From Bigelowiella natans CCMP2755 (taxonomy: Eukaryota; Protista; Cercozoa): a stretch of DNA of 64,000 bases. Below the pieces are notes generated by a model. That model was not told the origin of the DNA. It did not search any database and saw nothing but the letters and a program-made list of their open reading frames with translations. The first letter of the stretch is position 1. Each line of letters starts with the position of its first letter. Location of the stretch: contig ADNK01003500.1 of NCBI GenBank assembly GCA_000320545.1, forward strand, positions 1 to 64,000. The letters are read 5' to 3'. The position numbers were made by a program, and so were the translations under genes. Positions 11,916 to 24,315 of this stretch are shown piece by piece.

Positions 11916-13406
11916 ACATCGTAGTAGATTCTACATTACTTTGTCGTTGTTTGTTCTCCTCACACAGTAGTAGTAGCAGTTGTAGTAGTTGTAGTAGCAG
12001 AAAAAGGAGGAGGAGGAGGAGGAGGAGGAGTAATCATCTTCTCATGATCTTCTCATCTCATCATCATCACTATCGTCATCGTTGTGTGTGTGTTTCGTCG
12101 TCGGTTTCCTCGCTATCAGATCATTCTGGCAATGGGGGCTGTTGGGCAGATCTCCCGTGTTTTCAACGAATATTTGACTCCTGTAACCCACGCATTAATG
12201 CCTGGCATTGCAGCTCCTGGTCAACTAAGTATTGAGGAAATTGCCACAGCAAGAAAGATGCTGTCGATTCGTGCACCGATGAAACGAGCAATGTATTATT
12301 ATTGTTATTATCATTATTTATCGGAAGAGATCATGATGATGGTGATAGAGATGGTGGTGTTTTTTAAAGAACATGATATTTAACTCGTTCTAAAGAACAT
12401 GATATTAACTCAATATTTTGAAGGAAGCGGTGCACTCAGCGACAGTATATATAATTGTGAATAATTCTATTTCAGGTATATCATTGGACAAAATATACAA
12501 ATGTCTCTCGCACCATTGTTATTCAACACAGCATTCAAATATCTTCATTTTGAACATGAAGCTAAGATTTTCGAGACAAAAGATGCGTCATTGGACTCCA
12601 TCCTAAAGCTATTCAAGTCCCCTGGATTTGGTGGTGCTTGCATCTCAGCGCCATTCAAAACGGAAATACTTCCTTTGCTAACAGATATGTCGAAATGTGC
12701 AAGAGAGATAGGAGCAGTGAATTCTGTGGCGGTATTAAAAGGAGAGGAGAAGGATGGAGGAGGAGGGAGAAGGAGGATGATTGGAGGGGGTTTATACGGA
12801 CATAATACTGACTGGTCTAGTTTTTACAAGAAGCTGATGACAGAGCGTGTGGCAACACATGGTGCAATGGCAATTGTCGTTGGTAGCTGTGGTACTGCAC
12901 GTGCTGCCTGTTATGCGCTTCTTACCTATGGTTACACTCATGGAAGTGTTGTAGTATATGATCCAATAAACCACAAACGGGCAGAAGAAGTCGCCAACCA
13001 TTTCAAATGTGAGGCTAGGAAAAAACTCGAGAATATGCGCAATGTGAACGTTATCATCGCATCGTTCCGCAAGTTTGGGCCAAAGCAGATGGAGGATTTT
13101 ATCATACCACAACCTGTTATTCAACAAGGCCCCCTTGTCATTGATTCCAGATATTTTCCTTTGCACACACGGCTAGAAGATCAAGCTGCTGTATATGGTT
13201 GTAATACCTTACGTGGCCTTGACCTTCTTATCCTGCAGAGTATTGAACAATTGAAACTATGGGTTGGTGTAAAACATTGGGCTATGGTGGAATCTGCTGC
13301 ACCGGTCATTGATAGAGCAGTTCGCCACTTATTCTACGAAAAATTTGTTAAGAATTCAGCGAAGGGAGATAGCAGTGATTATAGCAAGAAGCAGTTGCTG
13401 CAATAA
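3236..13406 (+). CDS. ARO1: Pentafunctional AROM polypeptide (DHQS-EPSPS-SK-DHQase I-SDH), multi-exon; two N-terminal domains catalytically degenerate
   Basis: ATG at 3236; exon 1 3236-3293 splices in frame to exon 2 at 3512. Canonical AROM domain order: [16 protein letters not shown]; [17 protein letters not shown] / VSSQF / [10 protein letters not shown]; GMRGVGKTT; IELRVD / APGQL; AVNSV / HNTDW. Stop at 13404-13406. Confidence 0.95.
3512..6480 (+). other. AROM domain 1: 3-dehydroquinate synthase fold (degenerate)
   Basis: [86 protein letters not shown]. Confidence 0.9.
5267..5737 (+). repeat. Intronic minisatellite, 6 copies of a 74-83 bp unit with an internal variable (TAC)n tract
   Basis: Unit cacattattcataagaatgtayaacaatsc-(tac)n-tgctgcacagttgctcacagctcacc starts at 5267, 5341, 5424, 5507, 5590 and 5664. 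Confidence 0.95.
6520..8975 (+). other. AROM domain 2: EPSP synthase fold (degenerate)
   Basis: [85 protein letters not shown]. Confidence 0.92.
9030..10275 (+). other. AROM domain 3: shikimate kinase
   Basis: Walker [10 protein letters not shown] (exon from 9245), [24 protein letters not shown] lid, ARRPLY. Confidence 0.9.
10640..12270 (+). other. AROM domain 4: type I 3-dehydroquinate dehydratase
   Basis: [29 protein letters not shown] (catalytic His), DVVKVV (Schiff-base Lys), [15 protein letters not shown]. Confidence 0.9.
12477..13406 (+). other. AROM domain 5: shikimate dehydrogenase
   Basis: [17 protein letters not shown] (catalytic Lys), GAVNSV, GHNTDW (catalytic Asp), [23 protein letters not shown]. 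Confidence 0.88.
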
Positions 13407-14932
13407 ATCAAGCAAGATGGCAATAACAATAACCTTTATGGGAAATAATAATATAATCAGTTGGGGCATTCCAAGGCAGCTTTGCATTAAATTCATCATG
13501 TAGTAGCAGGGTATCGATCATCTATAGATAATCATGCAAGGATGACATCGACTATTGCGGGCGCAAAAATGCAAAATCTGCATAAAGCCATGTACATAGT
13601 TTGTCTATACATGTGCACTGCGCGCAAGTAACTAGCGACACGCACTCGTGAATGATATATAATGATGCTGACTTTTGGCATCGCTAGATATCGCTGCTGG
13701 ATGCGCCATGCGCCGATGTTAAATGAGCGGAGCCGATAAAAAAAGTATCTACTGGTGAGTCATTGACGTGCACAGCAATGAGCCGCATAGACTAGATAAG
13801 CACCAAAAATTAGAACATAAAATGTCGTGTCTTCGCCATGCGATCTAGCTAGCGATGCCATGCAGCATATCTACAGATCTCTAAAAATCTCTAAATCTAG
13901 AGAGATTGGTGTGCTTATAGAGTGCAACGGTGTCTAATTGTCTGCAACAAGAACGAAGGCGTGCTAGCGTGTATAATCATAGATCTAGAGATAGCAATGC
14001 AAAATTACTATGCTCTCTCATGCGCGCTCCAGCGAGCTAACGCTGTCCAGTTATACGTAACAGGGCATCTAACGAGCGATGTCAATGCTAGAATGCGCAA
14101 AACCGTGTGCAGCACGCACCAGCGCTAGAGCGCGCCTACTAGCCTATGCGTTTCCCAATTTATGCGAGGTTGGCTATGAAACGTGTGCAATGCATGCATG
14201 TACTTAAACCTAGAGAACTAGCAAGAAATGGCAACCAATCTAAGTGCAGCACGACATCTAGCTAGCTAGATCTAAAGATGTACGATACGATGCTGCGAAT
14301 CATAGACGTAGTATGTGTATTGCATATGCGCTGCAGCTGCAGATTACTTTGCAAACTAGCAAAGCTACTTCAGGATGACAATAATTGAAAATTTTAACAC
14401 ATTCATTACTAGATTACATCCGTCTTATGCATGATCATTATACGTATATTGCCAACAATGCGATACGCCTGAGAATGTACAATGGCGCATCTACATGCAT
14501 GTATATGTTTCAATGCGACAACTGCGATCTTTACAAAGATTTGAGTTTCAGCAGTAGTTCATCACGAGCCCATATAACTAAAAGACACGCAGCACTCCAG
14601 TTATTCGTGCACTTAATATCATGAAATTTGTACATGCTTAGTGCACTCGTAGAATCGAGTACAAGACGTGTACGCATTGAACCCTTTTGTTTTAATTATT
14701 CCTTCCGTATTATACTCACAGGCCTCTGGTTGAAGAGGGCACTTTATTCTAATCGTAAATGCCAAACTCAATGTTCAAATTGAATCTTGTTCGTTGTAGG
14801 TTATGAACCGTACTTGCTTGGCAGTATTGTGGCGCCTTATTACCAAATAACCATTTACTACTGAAGCGACATTCATACGATATAGTATGTGTTAAGACTC
14901 TTGTCGACGTATTCTTGGTTGCAATGAGTTGT

Positions 14933-15234
14933 TTATTTCCTTTTCTGTTTGGGCTTCTTCTTCTTCCTCTTCTTCCCCACATTACTACTGTTGTCTTCGG
15001 CCTGTTGGTGCTGCTGCTGCTGTTCTTTCTTTCTTTTTTTGGATGTAGAGGACAACGATGACGACAACCTGCTGTCTCCGTTTGACTTCTTCCTCTTTTT
15101 TTTACCCATAGTCGTAGATTCTCCCTTGATTTTCCTGCTTATCTTGGTTGCAGCTGCCGTAAGATGTTTGCTTTCTTTTTCACAACTTTGAAGAGGTGCT
15201 ACATACCCGATTGGAGAGAAACGGATCTAAGTAT

Positions 15235-15270
<36 letters not shown>

Positions 15271-15707
15271 TGTGTGTGTGTGTCTACGTATGTGTTTAGT
15301 TCCGATTTTCCAATCAAGATGAGCAAACCACCAGATGAGCAAACCACACTCTCGCATCCTCTCAAGGTGCGGAAATTTAAAGTTTACACAAACAATCAAC
15401 TGCTATGTACGCATGACGATTGAACACTAAATATATATTCAAACCTATTTATGACCATCATCGCCATCATAGTCATCATCATCATCATCTAAAATGCTAC
15501 TACTAAGTACTGGTACTAAACTACTCACTGGTTTGCAGCTCATCTTGTGTATTCTCGTCGCTCTTGTTTGTACACCTCCTCCTACTGCTGTAGAACCAAG
15601 CTGCTGCTGCTGCTGCTTCATCATCATCATATTCTTCTTCTTCTTCTTCTACGTATAGTAATTCATCAATCAGGATAACCACCACCACCTTGTGGAAAAC
15701 AACCACT

Positions 15708-15740
<33 letters not shown>

Positions 15741-16639
15741 CACTACGATAAAACATCAATGTGCAGTACATGATATATTAGATAGTAGCGTAGTTTAGAA
15801 TAATGTTTACCTGATTGCTCCTCGTAGTCTCAAGTACAGTATTTGTTTTCTGTCGTTCCCTTACGATAAATGATCTTCGAAACTCACCTGTTGTTTTCAA
15901 TATGCTTACTATTACTCGTGGCTGCTAATACAGCGAAATAACGTAGAAATAGTCTCTAACAGTGACAGTGATGATGAAACTTTAAATGCTGCCGAATTAT
16001 TTGACGGACGACATGTACATTATTGCATTTTCATTACCTGTGCTAAAGCACGCATTTTTTAAGTTGTTTGCCTTTGTTCTGCTACCGCTTTCACCGTCCT
16101 CCTCATTCTTCTTTTTGCTGCTACTCGGAATTAGAGCTATCGAATTCTGCACATGGAATATAGGCTCCTCGTCTATTTCATAACTTTTCCCATCTATTTG
16201 TGTTGTTCAAATCATCAGTGTAAGAATCATAATGAGAATGGCCCTCTTTATTCAGGATAATAACTCAGTGCACCACACACCATCAAGTTTATATAAATAC
16301 TACTTACTCAAGTTGAATTCGAATATCTTCAGAGACTTTGAGGACGTATTCGGTCGATTCTCAGTGAATGACTTGAGTTGCTTGATCTTTTCAGCAAATC
16401 CCTTCGTGTCAAACTGTCGCATAATGATGCGTGAATTCAGGGTTGCTGCTATCAATCACCACACTACTTTTAAATTGTCATTGCACCTGTTTCGGAAGAT
16501 CGAAAAGCCAGAGGCTGTTTTTCTTTTTCTTGCTGCTACCACTCTTCTTCTTACTAGAACCAGTCAAAATCCATTGCCCCAGTTCATAATCTCCCTCCAT
16601 CTTCTCGAAGCGGTTGTCATCGTCATTGCCGTCAACCAT
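14933..16639 (-). CDS. Lys-rich nuclear protein, possibly RNA polymerase I subunit RPA34/A34.5-like, multi-exon
   Basis: ATG at 16639 gives MVDGNDDDNRFEKMEGDYELGQW...NSLWLFDLPKQ|FD, resembling the RPA34 LWL..xPxxF motif. The last exon encodes a very Lys-rich tail ending KKRKKKKPKQKRK*. Confidence 0.4.
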
Positions 16640-17222
16640 TGAGCTTCGTCTTCAAACACAATTAATTTTTTCTTATGCTATCCTCCCAGCAGGAATTCCC
16701 TGCTTTGGAGTTGTTACACAATCCTGAAGTTACGATTTCTTTCTTTTTGAACACTCGTAATTATACACTCAGGCAGTTGGTGCCACCCCCAGCAAATGGT
16801 GCGTGGCAAAGTGGTGTTGATTTTCTGAACCAAAAATATCTGAACATTTGTTGACTAATTTTATAATTTCGTACAACAACTACAATAATAACTAATCCAC
16901 TGGACACACAGGGTTTTCGCAAAATCTTTTTTTGACCACTTTGGAACTAAAAAAAAAGAAAAAAGTGAAATTGATGTAGTCAAATCAATCATTATAGGTC
17001 TAAATGTCGATTTTGTTGGTCAAAAAATAAAGGTTTGCGAAAGCCATATATTTTTTAATTTTTTACTAGATCTACTCGTAGTTGTCTTTCATCCTTGTGC
17101 ATCTTGATAGATCATGAACAACTTTTGTTAATTTATTTATTTGTCCGGGAAAATATAGGTAAAAATATTTTTTCGGTGCCGAGATGACCATAGCGCGCGA
17201 ACGAAAGCACAGAGAGAAAGCC

Positions 17223-17234
17223 TTTCGCGCGAAA
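17223..17234. promoter_or_regulatory. Palindromic double E2F-type site TTTCGCGCGAAA
   Basis: Matches TTTSSCGC on both strands, about 190 bp upstream of the ATG of the replication gene WDHD1; related GCGCGCGAA near 17192. Confidence 0.55.
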
Positions 17235-17420
17235 AAACATTTTGAAAGTTCCTTGAGATTATCGCTTGAAGACAAGTACTAAATGAAATCTAATTTTGAC
17301 CAAAACTGTTGAAGGTCATTCTGTCGTAGAGCTGCAATGTAGTAAATTAGACAAAATTTTAAAAGACTTTTTCAAAACAGAACGCTGATAAACCCCCCAC
17401 CACCACACACGAAAGTTACC

Positions 17421-20400
17421 ATGAGCCAACGAGGCGGGGGCGGACAAAAGGATGTCAAGAGTGTTTTCGCTCACGTTTTTGGTCTGGGAGATTTAACCTA
17501 CCATCCAAACGGAAGGTGAGACCACGTTGCTACACATTCATGAAAATTTATGATGAAGTATTGTAATTTCGTAGAGAGATCTTCACCTGTGGCGCGGACG
17601 CGGCTATCCGAATATTTCCTCACGATGATATTGATGCTAAGCCAAAAGAGATTACCTATCACAAAGGCGGAGTAACCTGCATCACCTTCAACTCTCAGGG
17701 AGACTGCTTCGCTGCAGGCGACGAGGAACATGTTGTGGCGCTGTACACCTATCCAGATTGCAAATTTGATCAAGTCGCTACCCGCTGCACAACTGCAATT
17801 ACGCATTTAACTTTCAGTCCCTCTGGAAACCTTCTAGCTGTGGCTGAACAGTAATTTACTTACTTCCTCGAGACTAAATCATTATCTTCTTATTAACAAA
17901 TATAATCTTATCAGGGACACAAATATAAAACTCGTCAGTGTGTTGAATACGCAGCACGTCACCCTACTAAAAGGCCATACAGGTCCCATAAGAAGGTGAG
18001 ATAGCCTGTGTAATTGTCAATAACATTTTTTTTGACAATTGCTGTCAAATATACCAATGATTCTAACTGTACTACAGTCTTGCATTTGACCCACTGAATG
18101 AATACCTGGCTTCCTCGGCTGGAGATGGCACTCTTCGAGTTTGGAAGATTCGTGATAAATCCACCGTAATCGCTATTCCATGCTTCCCAACAACGAGTGC
18201 GGACAGCTTGCAGCTTCTTAGAATGTGCTGGAGTCCGGAGGGCGGCCAATTGGTAACAACATGCTAATGTTACGAGATTTGACTAGATATTTAGATTTGT
18301 ATTGGGTAGGTGGGTAGGATGCTGATGTCTGTTTTTTACATCTATGCTAGCCAGAGATCGAAGAAGTTAATTATTTTCTCCTTAGGCTATACCTGGCGAC
18401 AAATCTGTGAAAATCTTGAATAGAAATGAATGGAGAGGAGACGCAGGATTTCCGGGGCATTCAGCAAATACAACCATAGCCTCCTTTAGTCCTAATGGAA
18501 AGTATATTGCGACCACTGGTGAAGATAATAAAGTGAACGTTTACGATTGTAAAAAGTCGGAGCTCATTGGCTACATTCAGATCGATACTCAATGCACAGG
18601 TACTTTGTAGAAGTGGTCATTCTATTTTTCCCAACATATCATTGACAAGCAATAAATTAATAAGGTCTCAGCTGGGCAACCAAGAGCAACACTTTGGTTG
18701 TACTTGAGAGATTTGGTAACATGAAGCAATGGAATAATCCTGTCCCAGAGCACATGCCCAAACCCTATGATGAGGTGGTAGTGAATGCAAAGGGTGAATC
18801 ATCCCTCAACGATAATCAGATAGAAGAGAAAAAATCCAGCACTGAAGAGAAAGAAGGCCAAAATTTTCCTAAACTTAAATCACTCGACGAAAACGATGAC
18901 GACGATGACGACGATGACGACGATGAGGATGACAATAAGAGGTTCCCAATTTCAATGACGATGTAAGCATTTGAGATTCATATTATTTTTCCTACTACCG
19001 TGTATGTTTTACAGCACTGGCAGCGGTTCCCCAGGACAGAAAAAGAAAAGGAAAAGATTAAGAAGAATTGCAGACGACGACGAGGACGAAGAAGATTCCA
19101 AAAAAGCTGCGAAGCGGTCATCTTTTGGCAGCCCATCTAGCGACAACGAGGAGAACAGTAACCCTGAGACTCCAGTGAATACCAAATTCCAAGCTGCACA
19201 CAACTCTTCATATTTAACTCCTTCGCAACCATCATTCCAGCCAAGTGCCACTCCTCTTGGTTTGCAGCGTCGATATTTGGCCTGGAATGCCATCGGAATC
19301 ATAGTTTCTCGTCAGGAACACACGCATTCTGCTATTCAAATTGATTTTCATGATGCTCAACTTCATAGATCCGTACGCTTTCTGGATCGATACAATTACG
19401 TGGTTGCTGCACTGAGCTCCACAGCAGCAATTTTTGCCTCTAGTAACAATGAGAGCGGCCCAAGCACCATATTTTATAAACCATTTGAAACCTGGGGAAA
19501 TAAAAGTGAATGGTTGTTCCAGCTCGAAGACGACGAGGAAGTAAAGTGTTGCGCTATTGGAAAGCGATGGGCTGCCGTTGGCACAAGTGAGAATTTCTTG
19601 CGAATCTTTTCCTACAGCGGTCTCCAAATTGGAGCGAAATCCCTCCCTGGACCAGTCGTAGCAATGACTGGCAACGATGATCACCTTGCTGTAGTTTTCT
19701 CCGTCTACGGGGCTTTGCAGTACTGGCTCTTGGATGTCTCAAAAGACAAATTTATCTCTCAAGGTATGCTACCAATTTCCCCTGGATCTACTCTATCGTG
19801 GCTTGGATTTACGTGGAATTTAAACAATCTAGCTACGTTTGACAGCAAAGGAGTACTTCGTATGCTAGTATCAAAAGATTTTTCCTGGATACCAATTCTC
19901 AATGCAAAGAAACATTGTAAGGGTAGGAAGGATACTGTCTGGCCAATTTACACAACTTCTGAAAATCTAATGTGCCATATCTGCAAAGGGGGTAAAAATT
20001 TCCCCCAGACACTACCTCGTCCTATTCCCCAAGCATTACCTATATGTGTGCCTATTCTTGGGCTGGCCTCAAGTGAGAGTGAAAAACTTCAGGAAAAATA
20101 CTTGCGTCAAAAAATGATTCTTGAAGAACACGCCAAGCAAGGAATGCCAATGACTCCGAAGGACAAGATCAAGCTTGATAAACTAATACTAATGAACATT
20201 AGACTTGCTTGCAAGGGAGGCCGATCGGTGCGCGCACTGGATCTGAGTACACGTCTAAATCGCAAAAAGTCCCTCGACACCGCAATTCTGATGGCGAATC
20301 GTATGAATCAAACTCAACTTGTTGAACGCATGTCGATTATCATGCAGGGAAGAGAAGCTATATCACGCGCTGCAACGACCCAACGACCAGCTTCGACTTT

Positions 20401-20452
20401 CATTGGTGACAAAGGAACAAAATCTGCGAAAGCTCAGCAGAGGACTTCGTAG
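17421..20452 (+). CDS. WDHD1: WD40 + SepB-domain replisome hub Ctf4/AND-1/Mcl1
   Basis: N-terminal WD40 exons (IFTCGADAAIRIF, ITHLTFSPSGNLLAV, FDPLNEYLASSAGDGTLRVW) followed by SepB motifs FQPSATP, RRYLAWNAIGII, LSWLGFT..NLATFDSKGVLR, WIPIL, VWPI, RALDL. Confidence 0.93.
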
Positions 20453-21209
20453 TAGGCGTAGGCGTATGTTCTGCTAACAATTCAATTGAGAATCTTCACA
20501 AATTTGTTCCTCCTATGGATTTATTACTTGTTAAGAAATAACAGCAGAATGCCGAGCCCAGCACTATGCTATGCTGCATGCATAAATCTAACGCAATTGC
20601 AACGATCGACAAGCTAAATTATAGCAGCAGCAGCGACGTTTAGATTTCATAGACAAGATGTGCGCGTTGCTGCGTGGGTCTAGAGGTACGCCATGTTGAG
20701 GTGTTCTTGCACGCTTTGCCTCTATATGCCAATGCACTTACGCGGGCTTTACATCATGCTATATGACATGGCATGATCATAGCGAGCAATAAGAGAGTAC
20801 TAGAGTACTGTATCGTCTATAGGCGTAACATGTATACGCCTGCATGCTAGCATGCAACTGCTGTCAAACACTAGTAGAAACACACACGTGCCACATATAT
20901 AATATGCATATGCAAATGCATGTGCATAACGCAACTGTACACACAGACAATATATATTATATTTATATTAGGTATGTGTGTGTCTCTTATTGTGTGTGTG
21001 TGAGTGGTGTATAATTTCGATATCAGCACATGTTACTTGACCGTGATATTTATATTCATGTGCACACATGCAGTACTGTGCGCGGCCCATCGATACTTGT
21101 AGTAGCGACGCACACCTAGACGACACATCTCTAATGCATGACTGCATCTAGATTCTGGTTTCCATTCGCTATGGATGCGTGTACTTTCAATTGCAATTTA
21201 AGCGAGTTT

Positions 21210-21898
21210 TTAATAGAAAATGGCTTTCTTCACCATTTTTTTTGGAACGTTTGAATTACTACTTTGCATATCCATTCCCTTCCTCATTTGAGACCATGGG
21301 GACAACGTACTTGGGATATCCGTTCCCTTCCTCATTGAGACCATGGGGACAACGTACTTGGGATGGATGTAGGGCTCTGATGAATGAATGATGATACAAA
21401 GATGATATATGTTGGACAGTTTTGATAAATAACCACATAGATCAGATTTAAAAAGAAGGTATTTGTAGAACCATCTCAGAAGAGAAAATTGTAGTAGTAA
21501 CCTCATAATAGTAGTTGCAGCATAAGAAGTAACAGCATGGTATCTCAATTTCTAAAATTTCATTGTAACTACTACTAGATGATGGTTGAAATAAAAGGAG
21601 ATTATCATTAGAAGAATCAAAGTCAACATCATCATCATCATCTTTATCATCGTTATAGTGATGTGGCTACTCTTTTTGACACACCATGGATGGTTTGTAG
21701 GTAGGCTCCTGTGTTAGTTCTTGTGCTAGTTCTGATGAAGGAGAGGCGGTTGGTGCAGAGCTAGGCTGCTGTGTAATCGTAGATGTCGGTTGTCCCTGGT
21801 TAGATTCAAAATAAACCAAGAAAGATGCTGAAAAAAAGAACATATCGCGACAACATTGAAATGTACGATATTATGTATTTGATTCCATTTGAATTTCC

Positions 21899-21969
<71 letters not shown>

Positions 21970-22910
21970 TATTTCAGATATATCTGCATGTATGTGAACG
22001 TGCATTTTGAAATTAGACGCGACGTACGCATACACATGTCCACACCACCCTCCATATTCATTTTCATTTTGAATGAAGATACCGTCGTTGGGCTAGTGGT
22101 AATCTCCTCCACGATCATATTAATCTCTTCGGGGGAAGTCGTAGCACTGATGTTATAAGAAGGCCAGGGTTCCATGAAAGCGCTCGAATCTGAAACATGC
22201 CGGGAGGAGCAAGGAGAGAGTGAAGAAGAAGAAGGAGTAGCAGAAGCGACGACATCATCTTGAATATTCTGTGCTGTAGCACTATTGTTTCTGGTCCCGT
22301 TACACTTGAGATACTTTGAAGGAATGTGGGAAGGAGCGATGGGTATCCGACCGAAAACTTGTACAATTTTCCTAGGAACATGGATATTTATAGTAGTTTT
22401 GTTCCCCGTTGACCTTTCTAATGATGAAAAATTGACAGAGATGCCTCTTTTCTGCTGGTTATTTCGGTCGTAGAAGATGTGCTCCTTCAGGATATCAGCT
22501 GGCGGAGGAATAGGAGGGGTTGGAATTGGAGGGGGAAAGATGAAAGACTTTATTGTGGATGTAACTGATGATGGTGAATCTGGTGAAGTACTACGCCATC
22601 GTAAACCGTGAGTTTCATTCTGAATTTACAAGAGAGGAGATAGATAATAGCAGATGGATAGATTACATGGTGATGACAAGAGAAGAAGCAATAGAGAATA
22701 ACAACCAAGCCAAGATAATTATTTACTAACAGATAGAGAATGGAAAAGTGAGAGAGCTTTCAGAAGCACCGCAGGGTCTAGTGCTAAACCGATGATAATA
22801 TACCAACGATCGAGAAGAAAGAACAAGAATGGTGTTGTGATTCTGCGGTGTCCATGATGATATTTTACCATCATTTTCACGTACTCATCCATAGAGATCA
22901 GTGTTGACAT

Positions 22911-22955
<45 letters not shown>

Positions 22956-23016
22956 TTGGTCTGGATGTTGCTAGTGGAGATGTTGTTGTTATTGTTATTC
23001 TCCCGCTGTGCTGCTG

Positions 23017-23047
<31 letters not shown>

Positions 23048-23069
23048 CACTACTACAAACGATGACATA

Positions 23070-23100
<31 letters not shown>

Positions 23101-24266
23101 TATGAGGGGAGGAGAGGATGATGAAGCACTAAGACCACCTTGCATGTTCGAATCTCTGTTTCTGATACCCTTTCGTTTGCGAATGAATTGAGAAGACATT
23201 CTATGACCTAGTAGTAGATCATCATTTGGTATTATCATCATCATCATCATCTCTTTATGACGACGACATCAAGGCATCAAAATGGGCCCATCAACAACAC
23301 AGATAATAAATGAATTTAACATATAAGAAGAAGATGGAGGGAGAGTATCGGCTGTCACTACTACTATACAACTCACTCTTGTTGCTCGAATAGCATTTTT
23401 CCGATGCCTTTGGCGAACCTACAATCAATAATTCAAGATCGATTTTCCGTTTGTGTCCTCTAATGGTAATATGAAAAGTGGATTCATAGATTCTCATGAA
23501 GGAGAGAAGAAGAGAAAGAAGAACAAGAAGATCAGAGCTAGTACTTTGTCTCTCATCATGTAGTTACTTACAATCACCTTGACACACTCAGGAGCTTTCT
23601 CGCATAATACAACGCGTTGATACTCCCTCTGCACACAGTAATAATATCATAGTGAATCAATGTTTTGGTAGGTATCAATCATCTTTACAAGAAGAACAAA
23701 GAAAAAGAAGAAGGATAACATCAACAAGAAGAGGCTTATTACTTTTTGAAGCAGAGAAACAAAGTGAGAATTGAGTAGTAGCAAAAGGATAGATGGACTC
23801 TCCATTACAGCTACTTTCTAATACCACTTGGATGATGAGGGGGGTGTACTACATGTCTGTGAGATGTCGGTCACTACAATATTCCTTGTACATATTCTTA
23901 TTATTTCTACTAGTAGTAGTAGTACTACGACCTCTGCGTTGCTACGACAAACCTTGTAGTTTTGTACAGCACTATCAAACTGTTGTTGTTTGCGGTATAA
24001 TAATAAGTGATGATAAGACGATGTAAGAAGAACAGAGAAGAACAACTTGTAATAGTGTAATATCTATAATTCTACACACTGAAACTTTCATTCTGATTTG
24101 TTTTCTCCTCTACCCACTACCACCACCACCACCATCCTACATAGTATTTTCTCATAGATCATAGGCAGCAGCAGCAGCAGCAGCAGTACCTGTTTCTTCA
24201 TGCCTGTGACATGCTCATTAAACGTTAGCTTGTGGTCACGCATTGACTGCACGGATCTATGCAGAT

Positions 24267-24315
<49 letters not shown>

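Noticed and set aside
3236-13406. AROM as a pseudogene
   Set aside because: No stops or frameshifts found in joined exons, splice sites are canonical, and substitutions cluster at active sites of two domains only.
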